This document shows, piece by piece, positions 30,401 through 38,913 of a stretch of DNA of 64,000 bases; position 1 is the first letter of the stretch; every line of letters begins with the position of its first letter. A program made the translations under genes and the position numbers. The stretch is from assembly GCA_002505695.1 (NCBI GenBank), contig DAVU01000020.1:97107-161106 (forward strand), in the 5' to 3' direction. The notes under the pieces were generated by a model. That model made no database searches, was not told where the DNA came from, and was given only the letters and a program-made list of their open reading frames with translations. Origin of the DNA: Euryarchaeota archaeon UBA487 (GTDB lineage: Archaea; Thermoplasmatota; Poseidoniia; Poseidoniales; Thalassarchaeaceae).

Positions 30401-30905
30401 CGATGATGTCGCGATCCCATTGATGCGTATTTTTGTTGCACTCGCCCCAAATAACCGTTAGGTTGGCAGGTCTGACGAAGGTTTCACCCACGAATCTAAC
30501 ATTCTCCTGGAAGTAGACGATGTCTGGCATTTGGTCCCCGTCTATGTCGGCGATCTGGATTTGTTGGCTGTTTGCAGTCTGGAATATGTTTTGCCGTTGG
30601 GAATCTCCCACTCCACCTGCAATGAATATATCTTGTCTGTCAGGGAAGCCTCCCGAGCCGTCGTTGAACATCGACGTGAGGTAGAAGCCCATGCTGCTAG
30701 ACGCGACGATGTCGTTGTCCCCATCACAGTCCAGGTCCCCTGTGTCAACGTAATGCGGGTCCCTCTGAACTGCGTATTGTGTGATCTGAGAGGCACTAGC
30801 TGCTGGAATCAAACTGAGCATTGTCATGGATACCATCATGACGACTAAAGTGATCGCCTTGACTCTCCTATTCTCATTTCCTTTCGTCTTGCCCACGCTG
30901 CGCAT
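24450..30905 (-). CDS. Giant (~2150 aa) cell-surface protein with FG-GAP/VCBS repeats, beta-sandwich domains, C-terminal TM and cytoplasmic tail
   Basis: Signal peptide ending in AASA; repeated DxDGDGxxD loops (GDLDCDGDNDI, ADIDGDQMPDI, GDIDDDGDDDI, EDTDGDGIVDM, SDVNGDGNMDF); two GFA(F/I)DNI jelly-roll modules; TM LVIPVVGGLLLVLAIAGVTLAM. Confidence 0.85.
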   Translation of the reverse strand: MRSVGKTKGNENRRVKAITLVVMMVSMTMLSLIPAASASQITQYAVQRDPHYVDTGDLDCDGDNDIVASSSMGFYLTSMFNDGSGGFPDRQDIFIAGGVGDSQRQNIFQTANSQQIQIADIDGDQMPDIVYFQENVRFVGETFVRPANLTVIWGECNKNTHQWDRDIIEIPSHPFSQGMDIGDIDDDGDDDIVLATLTPDGGQTYLEVFKGPDPGPQADQTILIPAPTYGHYSYIELGQWGEDLAEDPFTGQTLPGECEDLDLWVLRTPRFNPGAGYSVGNYDNMTVIEFDCVTGLYADPNVGGSAAASIHDFTLDAEHGYELEIDVEDTDGDGIVDMVAAVDGIEGRISYATRSSVGSNWDTRNYINLGNYKGASITISDVNGDGNMDFFIPTELTLTRLQDSSSRNQTYTTVENLRELNSVEIILSNGQGTGYLSPISFDVGRRPTVAAPAQLKGDDTTAQEIIIGQRDYSYRFGSGAMWMDSLGWPGAGDFLSVLTLDNQDVAIDGLTIAPASTDPATGNAQLGEGTRFVNVTLMNTGLNPVSGSVDLDLAVKEVVGGVDTLVYSNDFDGNEDTTNCAGCTWTGASYTSDFAPGTSWHAETGSTASTENVSTYEADHNPTTYMWAGLDYNGTAENNSGYFNNMDEAFILEDVDLTGADAAFLDVSILCSVAFTNLFLSEPYVVQERWLYEDSCGIEAFSEGRGWESVWFQGGYDLDRYFNILQLNQDPELEIKNFAIYPQYVTEWTNYTEGGDEDEDVNTVEAIDLTPYAGEVIDLRFRFRSGLYGSVGTTDTSYDTGLDGFAFDNISIIKRNTIFGQEQSISQQVSFQPLAAGEEREITLSADFLDNTTYYISAGLTNFNGFVDQDPINDALKFQTTVKNLYDPGLAADPFVDFEPGVRYASAEYPIEIMVQNFGNTITNWTTEAEIFNALPDLTAIEDFSGINPIWSDDGNENGSRLDDSTTSNQVLPQNQGVFKNYAYWLGDPDVGYGDDWNEPMSVGPVGVGQTDSDYSYVSWDYYAEGDYLVDQFGNIQTVRDQAALFIEWTKQGQSYNGLVQGSWVDLNENGIQRTNPEDPQFHACEDFDNDGNYDEAEYFGDFGDRGYYTWFDSEQIVKSVVLDLTHIILENRTSDEAFQWRDECTSLEGSEVTLTWRFISNGDGINGNAGLAGFAIDNIRFEEFTFEDDGNYSVEVNGLDSQESQVVNLGTHDFDSGLYRIDVRTIFDNNDPTQKWYNAEEVNPSNNFSKVQFSIDSAEITLLQPNVLDCVGDVTYECVYPISPTSAHTFSLPILNGVIEGVYEVTMSIVDTTTGQMVWQATSDNGPFDLVPHQRAFANWTLGSNAQVGSTGMFNSWESGRAYNLSWDAKLVSDDSENGNKRYFDITFMDDIDVAILSNPTDQNRLQRVKSDLEAMGMTYTQFRTSEWEDYVTEDWTGVYHKVLLPWQTDYNAAYGDYYQKLSEVRASGLSVIDVLDNFMVNGGTLQVHLGPYRNDYVPDNLPFGMDIQERNPANSSIRFDYDDVRVIDRYHPLLGGVDLTALQGVHGGQYVAMSGLDISQVLPNQVPAACGGRISDPLGTFHSLLGSVEYGSQSLLSLCNRGNGGMIVTTMDVENPSFSEPYGGQTMPLLSNMLGYSVTPYPFDFGIAGDTFDLTINGVSPSINTVTKAYNTVYIKSNSELQFSYVSDASDLIADWTLEPGGEDAVTGWNSEIVDPGEFSHVSQSSAEIPTLGSFCVESTLSSTGCFIGAEWLLTLYLHDAEGHTRMTYVRLITNDTLADESDPTASMKLVEDSLTDEYVEDDGTKTVAGTDWDVHRVRLTPTGDITLSFSGAESNDADAPEGESGIQLYSWRVYFDYPVTSQPSLDGHVFDIPATAGGDSFSYTFRNVTSDGTLENQIRLELIVYDKAGKSSSKARMYFVVVGEDFGDEPPVVTFSSPKPNDSQTADRVTISGTVASGAENSDVRIQVALADPMILDLSPTPKATQKQIGKYNETGLLGDGSTFSITLDISDLYSESEGVLSTVHIRVIEGDGQRYTISTSEDIYLLKRSSDPCVRDPSAAGCDSGAQGIGLVIPVVGGLLLVLAIAGVTLAMRGRTRTTVSDEIRSFQGVQDLDPVEAYVQQMVGQGYPEDYARQYAQDYYANLNKK

Positions 30906-30970
30906 GGCTCGCCGGAGTGGCAATGGTCTCTTATTATTTACCAACAAATGCGCAATGCTGAGTCTTGTTG

Positions 30971-31573
30971 TTAGTCTCTGTAGACTTGTATCCAGGAGGG
31001 TGAAGGAGCGTACTCATGACCTGAATCTGTTAGAATTCTGTCCACCTTACCAGAGGCCCACAAACGCTTCAGTGCTAGGCTGACGGCAATTTCGTCAAGG
31101 GCTGTCCTTTCCGAGAGCAAGTCGGCTATCTTCTGGGGGGTTAGTGAGGAAAGACCGTGTTCAGTGATGACGATCGCCATGACGAGCCTTAGCCACTCCT
31201 CAGTAAGCGGGTCCATTGATATTGAATCTGGGGGAATTTGCGGCTCGGGCATCTCAGAGATGAAGATTTTCAACTCATTTTCATCGAGATCAGGGGGCGA
31301 AGTGGCATCTGAATTCTGTGTGGGATCGAAGGAACCTATCTCTCGGATTACCGCTGGTATCCTCGATGGATCAGGTGGTGGGCCGGGCAAAATTGGCTCA
31401 TCACTGCTAGGCCCCATTGGGTCCTTCCCTTCCCCATGGGTTAGTTCCATCATCCAACCGGAGTCTAAGCCTAGACCTATTTGATCAGAAAAATGTTTCA
31501 CCCACGCCTCAGGACCCTCGATAACTGCGATGATCTCATGGCCATCATGTCTGAACACTAGTCTGGATTTCAA
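30971..31573 (-). CDS. Hypothetical protein with probable C-terminal winged helix
   Basis: 200-aa ORF filling the gap between acnA and the giant gene; LTPQKIADLL...VSLALKRLWASGKVDRI...EY pattern. Confidence 0.65.
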   Translation of the reverse strand: MKSRLVFRHDGHEIIAVIEGPEAWVKHFSDQIGLGLDSGWMMELTHGEGKDPMGPSSDEPILPGPPPDPSRIPAVIREIGSFDPTQNSDATSPPDLDENELKIFISEMPEPQIPPDSISMDPLTEEWLRLVMAIVITEHGLSSLTPQKIADLLSERTALDEIAVSLALKRLWASGKVDRILTDSGHEYAPSPSWIQVYRD

Positions 31574-31584
31574 AGTTGCAACTC

Positions 31585-34272
31585 CTATTTTGCTAAACCC
31601 CTTAGCACTGTTTGAAGGATTCCGCCATTCTGAAAGTACTCGACCTCAACCGGTGTATCGAGCCTGACCTTGGCTTGGAAGATGGTTGATTTGCCTGCTT
31701 TGTTGGTGGCAGTTATCGGGATGAGCTGTCCAGGCCTTGTGGCAAGATGGGATGGAATGTCGAAAGACTCTGTCCCGTCGAGGCCGATATCAGCAAGCCC
31801 TTGTCCCTCTTTGAATGACAGCGGGAGTATTCCCATCCCTACCAAATTGGACCTGTGTATCCTTTCAAACGACGTTGCGATTACTGCCTTTACCCCAAGC
31901 AGTAGTGGTCCCTTGGCCGCCCAATCCCTGCTGCTTCCTGTTCCATATTGGCTGCCTGCGATAACAATCAGAGGGGTTCCCTCATCTTGGTACCTCATGC
32001 TGGCCTCGAAGACGGACAAAACCTCGTTGGATGGGATATGGGTGGTGTATCCTCCAGTCGTGCCCGGAGCCAACTTGTTTTTGATTCGGACGTTGGCGAA
32101 TGTCCCTCTCATCATGACTTCGTGATTCCCGCGTCTGCTGCCGTATGAATTGAACTCTGTCTTTTCTATTCCGTGATCCTGAAGGTATTCGCCTGCAGGT
32201 GAAGAGGCTGAGAAGGCCCCTGCTGGACTGATGTGGTCTGTGGTGACGCTGTCTCCTAAAACCAGTAGCGAGCGAGCGCCAGTGATCGGCTTAATGGGCT
32301 CCATATCCAGGGGTACGTCGGTCAAGAAGGTGGGCCTTCTGACGTAGGTTGATTTTGGGTCCCACTCATACAACTCAGAGTCCCGGGCAGGGATAGCCTC
32401 CCAGCGTGGCTCGGACAAGACGTCCGAGTATCGTTCACGATACATCTGAGGAGAAATGGCTTTTGACATCACGTCGATGATTTCCTGATCTGATGGCCAA
32501 ATGTCCTTCAGGTATACTGGCAGGCCGTCCCTATCTAATCCCAAAGGGTCGGAGGAGAAGTCAAAATCAAGGTGGCCTGCGATTGCGTAGGCGACGACCA
32601 AAGGGGGGCTCGCTAGGTAATTGGCTTTGACCTTGGCATGCACCCTACCTTCGAAATTTCGATTTCCAGAAAGCACGCTGCCCACTACAAGGTCTCCCTC
32701 GTCTATCGCCTTTTCTATGTCTTCATCCAGAGGTCCTGAGTTTCCTATGCAGGTTGTACAGCCATAACCAACCGTGTTGAAGCCTAGATGTGCGAGATCC
32801 TCTTCTAAACCCGCCGCTTCAAGGTACTCTGTCACTACCCTGGAGCCAGGGGCCAGGCTAGGTTTGACCCATGGCTTGATTGCAAGCCCTGCCGTGATAG
32901 CATTCCTGGCGAGTAGACCAGCTCCTATCATCACGGACGGATTACTCGTGTTCGTGCAACTGGTGATTGCGGCGATCACCACGGAACCATGGCTGAGGAC
33001 AGTGCCCCTTTCCTCCAGTGGTTGAATTTCAGAAATATTGGCCTGGTCCAATCCGTGGCCAAAGTGCCCCAATGGTGCTGTGAGTGATTCCCGCCAATGA
33101 TCTCTCATTACCGCCAGTTCGACCCTGTCTTGTGGTCGTTTGGGACCAGCCATTGACGAAGCCACTGAAGAGAGGTCGAGATGTAGAGTCGATGTGAATT
33201 TTGGTGTTGTTGAGGTTTCCTGCCTGAACAAAGAATTCGCCCTCAGGTAACGTCCTATGTCTTCAACTGCAGAGGGATCTCTCCCCGATGATACCAGATA
33301 GTCCAGTGTGACTTGGTCTGCTGGGAAGAATCCGCAAGTTGCCCCGTATTCAGGAGCCATGTTTGCGATGGTGGCCCTATCAGGGAGGTTCAATGTATCC
33401 AATCCACTACCGAAGAACTCAACAAATCGACCTACTACCCCATGTTCCCGCAGCATTTCCACAATTCTGAGTGCCATGTCCGTCGCAGTAACGCCTGGTT
33501 TCAAGGAGCCGGTCAATTCCATTCCAACCACTTCGGGGAGGAGCATGTAAATTGGTTGGCCCAGCATAACCGCCTCGGCCTCGATGCCTCCTACTCCCCA
33601 ACCTAATACTCCCAATCCGTTGATCATGGTGGTGTGACTATCAGTGCCGACCAAAGAATCAGGTAACCAGATCCCATTTTCTTCACGGGCGAGGGACGCA
33701 ATCCATTCCAAGTTTACCTGGTGGACAATCCCTCGGCCAGGGGGTACTGCACGAAAATTAGAGAAGGACGACTGCCCCCATTTCAGGAATGAGTACCTCT
33801 CCATATTCCTGTGATATTCAAACTCAAGATTGAGTTCAAGTGCATTGGGCACCAATCCTGACGCATCCACTTGTATGCTGTGATCGATGACAAGGTCAAC
33901 AGGTACCTGGGGATTGACCTTGTTTGGATTCCCGCCCATCTCGACCATGGCATCCCGCATTGCCGCGATATCGACCACCGCAGGGACCCCAGTGAAGTCC
34001 TGTAGCAGGACCCGACTGGGCCTGTAGGGGATTTCGCTTCTCTCGCAGTCAGGGCTCCAAGATGCAATATTTTGGATATCCTTTGTGTTAATTAATCGTT
34101 CATCGCAAAGTCTCAGTGCAGACTCCAGCAAAATGCGGATCGTGTAAGGCAGGTCGTCAATAATGCACAGCCCCGCCTCCTCCAAGGCCTGTATGGATGC
34201 AAAACGAGACGTCGAGCCATCGGACTTCTCAAACTTCCTCATCGAATCAAACGGCAAGGTGTCGCCCATCAT
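31585..34272 (-). CDS. acnA: Aconitate hydratase A
   Basis: RVLLQDFTGVPAVVD, DLVIDHS, GTDSHT, AAITSCTNTSNP, GYGCTTCIGNSG, TTDHISPAG, GSSRDWAAKG. Confidence 0.98.
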   Translation of the reverse strand: MMGDTLPFDSMRKFEKSDGSTSRFASIQALEEAGLCIIDDLPYTIRILLESALRLCDERLINTKDIQNIASWSPDCERSEIPYRPSRVLLQDFTGVPAVVDIAAMRDAMVEMGGNPNKVNPQVPVDLVIDHSIQVDASGLVPNALELNLEFEYHRNMERYSFLKWGQSSFSNFRAVPPGRGIVHQVNLEWIASLAREENGIWLPDSLVGTDSHTTMINGLGVLGWGVGGIEAEAVMLGQPIYMLLPEVVGMELTGSLKPGVTATDMALRIVEMLREHGVVGRFVEFFGSGLDTLNLPDRATIANMAPEYGATCGFFPADQVTLDYLVSSGRDPSAVEDIGRYLRANSLFRQETSTTPKFTSTLHLDLSSVASSMAGPKRPQDRVELAVMRDHWRESLTAPLGHFGHGLDQANISEIQPLEERGTVLSHGSVVIAAITSCTNTSNPSVMIGAGLLARNAITAGLAIKPWVKPSLAPGSRVVTEYLEAAGLEEDLAHLGFNTVGYGCTTCIGNSGPLDEDIEKAIDEGDLVVGSVLSGNRNFEGRVHAKVKANYLASPPLVVAYAIAGHLDFDFSSDPLGLDRDGLPVYLKDIWPSDQEIIDVMSKAISPQMYRERYSDVLSEPRWEAIPARDSELYEWDPKSTYVRRPTFLTDVPLDMEPIKPITGARSLLVLGDSVTTDHISPAGAFSASSPAGEYLQDHGIEKTEFNSYGSRRGNHEVMMRGTFANVRIKNKLAPGTTGGYTTHIPSNEVLSVFEASMRYQDEGTPLIVIAGSQYGTGSSRDWAAKGPLLLGVKAVIATSFERIHRSNLVGMGILPLSFKEGQGLADIGLDGTESFDIPSHLATRPGQLIPITATNKAGKSTIFQAKVRLDTPVEVEYFQNGGILQTVLRGLAK

Positions 34273-34318
34273 GCATTCCCTCTAGTGGGTGGCAATTGAA
34301 GATGCCGGGAGAATCACA

Positions 34319-35353
34319 TTACAGCAATATTGCTGATTCTAGAATTACGGGATTCGTCGGTCGGTCATTACTGCCTGTTTGAACCTCGCTGATGCTTGTC
34401 ACCGCCTCACAACCGGCAATAATCGTGCCAAAAACGGTATGTTGGCCATCGAGCCAACTCGGGGTGCTGTCATCCGGAATTAGGAAGAATTGGCTGCCAC
34501 CTGTGTTAGGGGAGCTGGTTTTGGCCATCGAGATGGTGCAAGGCAGGTGCTTGAGTCCATTGTCTGCTTCATCTGGCAGTGTATACTGTGTGTAAGAACA
34601 GGCTCCTGCATTCGCCTCCTCTTGCCCGTTGCAATACCCATAGAAACTCGCAGCATATCCGCCTGTTCCATCTGAATTCTCAAAATCCCCTCCCTGTATC
34701 ATGAAGTCATCAATTACCCGATGGAAGGTAGTCTGGTTGTAGAACCCTGCATCTACATGCTGGATGAAACTGGAAACATGGGATGGTGCCATATCAGGGT
34801 ATAATTGAATATCAATCTCGCTGGTGACCTTTTGTCCTCCAATTTGAGGGTAATAACTCACGGTCAGCTTGACATTGTCTCCGTCAAGAGTGGTCGAAGC
34901 GTCATCTTCGCCCCAACCTGTGATTAAATCGCGCCCCTGCCCGAATACGGCTAGTAGAACTATACCCGATAGGAACATGGCTAGCAACCCAAATGGAGTA
35001 GGCTCGCCATTTGCGAATATAGAAAATCCCCTTCCAAGTTGTATGTTGGCCTCGTCCATCATAGACATCAGAGCATTCAATTGTTTTCGAGTCTCCTTGT
35101 TTCCTGGGTCTATTTTCTGAGCGCGCTCAAAGCTCTTCCTCGATTCCTTCCATGCTAGCCTCCTTATCGACTCGTCATTTTGACCTCGTGACATGTGGAC
35201 CAGCCCCGCGGATCTAACTAGCAGTACTTGATCCCCTTTGCTTAGTTTAGTGTCCCAAGTGTCTCTCAATGTGGATAGGGCTGCATCATAATCTCCATCT
35301 TCCATCAGGTCTTTTGACTTTGCAACTGCGTTCCTCACAGAGGTAGAGGGCAT
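34319..35353 (-). CDS. Membrane-anchored cyclophilin-type peptidyl-prolyl isomerase with N-terminal TPR-like domain
   Basis: FHRVIDDFMIQGGD, SMAKT..NTGGSQFF, WLDGQHTVFG; central TM; N-terminal TPR-like helices (AQKIDPGNKE). Confidence 0.9.
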   Translation of the reverse strand: MPSTSVRNAVAKSKDLMEDGDYDAALSTLRDTWDTKLSKGDQVLLVRSAGLVHMSRGQNDESIRRLAWKESRKSFERAQKIDPGNKETRKQLNALMSMMDEANIQLGRGFSIFANGEPTPFGLLAMFLSGIVLLAVFGQGRDLITGWGEDDASTTLDGDNVKLTVSYYPQIGGQKVTSEIDIQLYPDMAPSHVSSFIQHVDAGFYNQTTFHRVIDDFMIQGGDFENSDGTGGYAASFYGYCNGQEEANAGACSYTQYTLPDEADNGLKHLPCTISMAKTSSPNTGGSQFFLIPDDSTPSWLDGQHTVFGTIIAGCEAVTSISEVQTGSNDRPTNPVILESAILL

Positions 35354-35517
35354 GACCCCCCCGGGTGGTATCTGGAATGAAAAGATGACGGATGACGGGA
35401 TAGGAATTTTTCTCGTGCTAGAACCGTTTATCAGATAGGAATACTCAAGTCCCTCATGCATCAGCGACGGCTCGCTCGCACTGCTGATGGACGCTTGCAA
35501 GGATGTGTATTCCCGAA

Positions 35518-37305
35518 ATGGATGTATCAATAAACGACTTCGTAATCAACGTAGCAACTGCCAACGGGACAGGATCCCAATCATCCAACCTAATTCTCCT
35601 AAACTCAATGTTCGAGATGGGAGTTCCTGTCAGTGGAAAGAATCTATTCCCCAGCAACATATCCGGGCTTCCCACTTGGTACATCATTCGTGCGTCGGAT
35701 CAGGGGTACCAGGCACCGGGGGACAAAACCGACATACAGGTCCTGATGAATGCGGATACTTGGTTCAAGGACATAGAGAAAGTTGAATCCGGTTCGGTAA
35801 TTATTTTCAACGAGAATGTGAAGTTGCCGGTTGAACGGGATGATTGCCTAGTTTTCGGGCTACCGATGACAAAGCTTGCACGCGGAATAAATCCCAAAAT
35901 GGCCAAGATGATTGCCAATATGTATTATGTCGGAGTCATTCAGCACCTTATCGGAATAGATCAGGTCGCCCTCGAAAAGGCAGTCAATCGGCAGTTCAAA
36001 GGAAAGAAATCGGCCGTGGAGGTCAATCTCAGAGCTATAGAAGAAGGCAGAAAGATGGCCGAAGAGGGCATCACATGGGATAGTCCACATGCCGTTGAAG
36101 CCCGGCAAAAGAAAGAGGGTACATTCCTCATCGACGGGAACGAGGCTGCCGCACTTGGATCGATCTACGGAGGAGTCAACATGCTATCTTGGTACCCCAT
36201 TACCCCCTCTTCGTCCCTTGCAGAGGGCATAATTCACTGGCTCCCACAATTGAGAGAAACCGAAGACGGCATGTCTACATGCGCCGTGGTCCAGGCCGAG
36301 GACGAATTAGCAGCAGCAGGCATGGTTCTCGGAGCAGGCTGGGCTGGAGGCAGGGGGATGACATGTACCTCTGGTCCAGGCATCTCGTTGATGTCCGAAT
36401 TCATTGGGTTGGCATACTTTGCAGAAGTTCCGGGCGTTATCTGGGACGTCAACAGGGTTGGGCCCTCCACGGGGCTGCCAACAAGAACGCAACAGGGGGA
36501 TTTGAACCTCCTTAGAGAGGCAAGTCACGGAGATACTGAACATATTGTCCTGATTCCAGGTACTGTCGAAGAATGCTTTGAGTTTGGATGGAGGGCCTTT
36601 GACTATGCTGAGAGGTTCCAGACCTTAGTTTTCGGTTTCTCAGACCTAGATCTGGGAATGAATAACTGGGTCTGCAGTGGTTTTGAATATCCAGACGAAC
36701 CGATAGATAGGGGCAAAGTCGTTCGATCAGCAGAACAGATGGCTGCAATTGAAAACTATGGCAGATACAGGGATGTTGACGGAGATGGGATTCCCTACAG
36801 AACACTACCAGGCTCGGGATTGGATCCCATTTTATACAGGGGGACCGGTCACGACGAGGATGGGATATACAGCGAGGATCCAGAGGTGTATCAAAAACTG
36901 ATGATGCGCCTGAAGAGGAAATTATTCAACGCCAGAAAACACCTTCCTAGCCCCGTGATCCGCGAGGAAACGCAAAAAGATGTAGGGATCATCTACATGG
37001 GATCGATGGAAAACTCGATACAAGAAATCGACGACATCATTGAAGAAACTGGCCTGAAAGTGAGCCAATGCAGAGTGAGGGCAGTGCCCCTCCACCCCGA
37101 CATCGAGGCGTTCATTGAACGACACAACAGGGTGATAGTCCTGGAGATTAACCGAGACGGGCAGCTATATGGTGTCTTAAGAAAAGAGCTCCCGATCAAC
37201 CTAGTGCCAAAAATATCGAGCGTAGCCTACTCAGACGGTATGCCGCCCAGAGCAAGGATATATGCCGACCTAATACTAGAAGTCCTGAAGGAGGGGGCAC
37301 AATGA
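35518..37305 (+). CDS. korA: 2-oxoacid:ferredoxin oxidoreductase alpha subunit
   Basis: NDFVINVATANGTGSQS, KNLFPSNISGLPTWY, WYPITPSS, QAEDELAA, TSGPGISL, RVGPSTGLPTRTQQGD. Confidence 0.93.
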   Translation: MDVSINDFVINVATANGTGSQSSNLILLNSMFEMGVPVSGKNLFPSNISGLPTWYIIRASDQGYQAPGDKTDIQVLMNADTWFKDIEKVESGSVIIFNENVKLPVERDDCLVFGLPMTKLARGINPKMAKMIANMYYVGVIQHLIGIDQVALEKAVNRQFKGKKSAVEVNLRAIEEGRKMAEEGITWDSPHAVEARQKKEGTFLIDGNEAAALGSIYGGVNMLSWYPITPSSSLAEGIIHWLPQLRETEDGMSTCAVVQAEDELAAAGMVLGAGWAGGRGMTCTSGPGISLMSEFIGLAYFAEVPGVIWDVNRVGPSTGLPTRTQQGDLNLLREASHGDTEHIVLIPGTVEECFEFGWRAFDYAERFQTLVFGFSDLDLGMNNWVCSGFEYPDEPIDRGKVVRSAEQMAAIENYGRYRDVDGDGIPYRTLPGSGLDPILYRGTGHDEDGIYSEDPEVYQKLMMRLKRKLFNARKHLPSPVIREETQKDVGIIYMGSMENSIQEIDDIIEETGLKVSQCRVRAVPLHPDIEAFIERHNRVIVLEINRDGQLYGVLRKELPINLVPKISSVAYSDGMPPRARIYADLILEVLKEGAQ

Positions 37306-38336
37306 GCAAAGTGATCAAACTCAATGTGATAGACAGGCCCAAGAGCGACTACACAGGGGGGCCATCATCCCTTTGCCCAGGTTGTGGACACGACCAAATT
37401 TCCGGAGTCATAATCCAAGCGTGCTGGGAGAATGGCATAGAGCCCAGCAGAATTGCAAAGATGAGTGGGATAGGCTGTTCATCCAAGACGCCTGCATATT
37501 TCCTTGGCCAATCGCATGGATTCAACACAGTCCACGGAAGAATGCCATCGGTTACCACCGGTGCCAACATGGTCAACAAGGACTTGGTCTACCTCGGTGT
37601 TTCGGGCGATGGTGACTCTGCAAGCATAGGTATCGGCCAGTTCATCCACGCCATACGCAGGAATCTGAACATGGTTTACATCATCGAAAACAATGGCGTC
37701 TACGGCCTGACAAAAGGGCAATATTCCGCTACAGTCGAGAAGGGATCAAAGAAGCGAAAGGGCGCACCAAATGAGCAACCTCCAATCGATATGTGCAAGT
37801 TGGCCATTAATTTGGGCTGTGGATTTGTAGCACGCTCCTTCTCTGGAGCGAAGAAGCAGCTTACATCTTTGATGAAAGCCGCACTGAGCCACAACGGCAT
37901 GGCTGTGATCGATGTGATCTCTCCGTGCGTCACATTCGCAAACAACGACGAGTCTTACAAATCGTACGGATATGTCAAGACCCAATCCGAAGAGTTGCAC
38001 GGCGTCGATTACATACATCATTTCCAACCCATGAACGAAGTGGATATTCCAGAGGGTGGATTTGAGGACGTAGAGCTATTCGATGGTAGTGTGTTGAGGC
38101 TTGAGACGTTATCTACGGAATATGACTACACCGACCCTACCGCAGCAATAGCGGCACTCCACGCGGCGGAAGTGGACAAGAAGCACATTACAGGATTGCT
38201 CCATCACAACACGGATATGCCAACCGCTGACGAAGATCAGGGCCTCGTCGATACGCCTCTATGCGACCTAAGCGAGGACATGCTGCGCCCCAGCAAGGAA
38301 AGGCACGAAGAGATAATGGCCAGATTCCGAGCATGA
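37302..38336 (+). CDS. korB: 2-oxoacid:ferredoxin oxidoreductase beta subunit
   Basis: CPGCGH, SGIGCSSK, HGRMP, GDGDSASIG...NNGVYGLTKGQYS TPP motif, SPCVTF. Confidence 0.95.
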   Translation: MSKVIKLNVIDRPKSDYTGGPSSLCPGCGHDQISGVIIQACWENGIEPSRIAKMSGIGCSSKTPAYFLGQSHGFNTVHGRMPSVTTGANMVNKDLVYLGVSGDGDSASIGIGQFIHAIRRNLNMVYIIENNGVYGLTKGQYSATVEKGSKKRKGAPNEQPPIDMCKLAINLGCGFVARSFSGAKKQLTSLMKAALSHNGMAVIDVISPCVTFANNDESYKSYGYVKTQSEELHGVDYIHHFQPMNEVDIPEGGFEDVELFDGSVLRLETLSTEYDYTDPTAAIAALHAAEVDKKHITGLLHHNTDMPTADEDQGLVDTPLCDLSEDMLRPSKERHEEIMARFRA

Positions 38337-38358
38337 CTGGGACTCACTGACATGGGTT

Positions 38359-38367
38359 CGTTGAAAT
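38359..38367 (+). promoter_or_regulatory. Putative TATA box of tRNA-Gln
   Basis: GTTGAAATA about 26-33 nt upstream of the tRNA 5' end, the usual archaeal TATA position. Confidence 0.4.
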
Positions 38368-38392
38368 ACAGAACCACTCACCGACTACCAGA

Positions 38393-38468
38393 AGTCCCGT
38401 AGTGTAGTGGTCCATCATATGGCACTCTGGATGCCATGACCCTGGTTCGAATCCGGGCGGGACTACCA
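38393..38468 (+). tRNA. tRNA-Gln (anticodon CTG), CCA encoded
   Basis: AGTCCCG/CGGGACT acceptor stem, TGGCA-CTCTGGA-TGCCA anticodon arm, GGTTCGAATCC T-arm, ACCA end. Confidence 0.96.
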
Positions 38469-38546
38469 AGATCCTTCCTCGAATACCTTTGGCATTTGAG
38501 AAAGAAATCCTGGGTTGCCGATGGACTCTCCACCGACAGCAGGGTT

Positions 38547-38870
38547 TCATTCCCCTGGTAGTCTAATGAACGGAAGTTCTGTGGAAGTCGCGGCTTCCAT
38601 GGTGTCCACGGTGATCAAAGGAGTCAATTTGCCGTTGAAGACGCCCGATGCACCGACGTAAAGTGAGAATTTAATGGCCATCTCTTCGGATGGCAGGTTG
38701 ATGATCATCATGAAGTCCATTTCCCCATAGCACCAGTAGTATGCCTCCAAGGAGCCTCCCATGGAAGCGGCAGCTTTCTCGGCCTCCTCGTGCCTTGCCT
38801 TGCCTCCATCATTTAACAGCCCAGCAGCACCCTTTGAGGTGTAATTTCCTGAATACATGTATTTCGCCAT
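38547..38870 (-). CDS. GYD domain protein
   Basis: Y...YTSKGAAGL...R....KAAASMGGSLEAYYWCYGEMDFMMI pattern typical of the GYD family. Confidence 0.8.
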   Translation of the reverse strand: MAKYMYSGNYTSKGAAGLLNDGGKARHEEAEKAAASMGGSLEAYYWCYGEMDFMMIINLPSEEMAIKFSLYVGASGVFNGKLTPLITVDTMEAATSTELPFIRLPGE

Positions 38871-38913
38871 GACCCCCCCAAGGGGTTCCCTCATTTCTTT
38901 TTTCCCTCTCAAC

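Noticed and set aside
38344-38550. 68-aa minus-strand ORF
   Set aside because: Antisense to tRNA-Gln; spurious.
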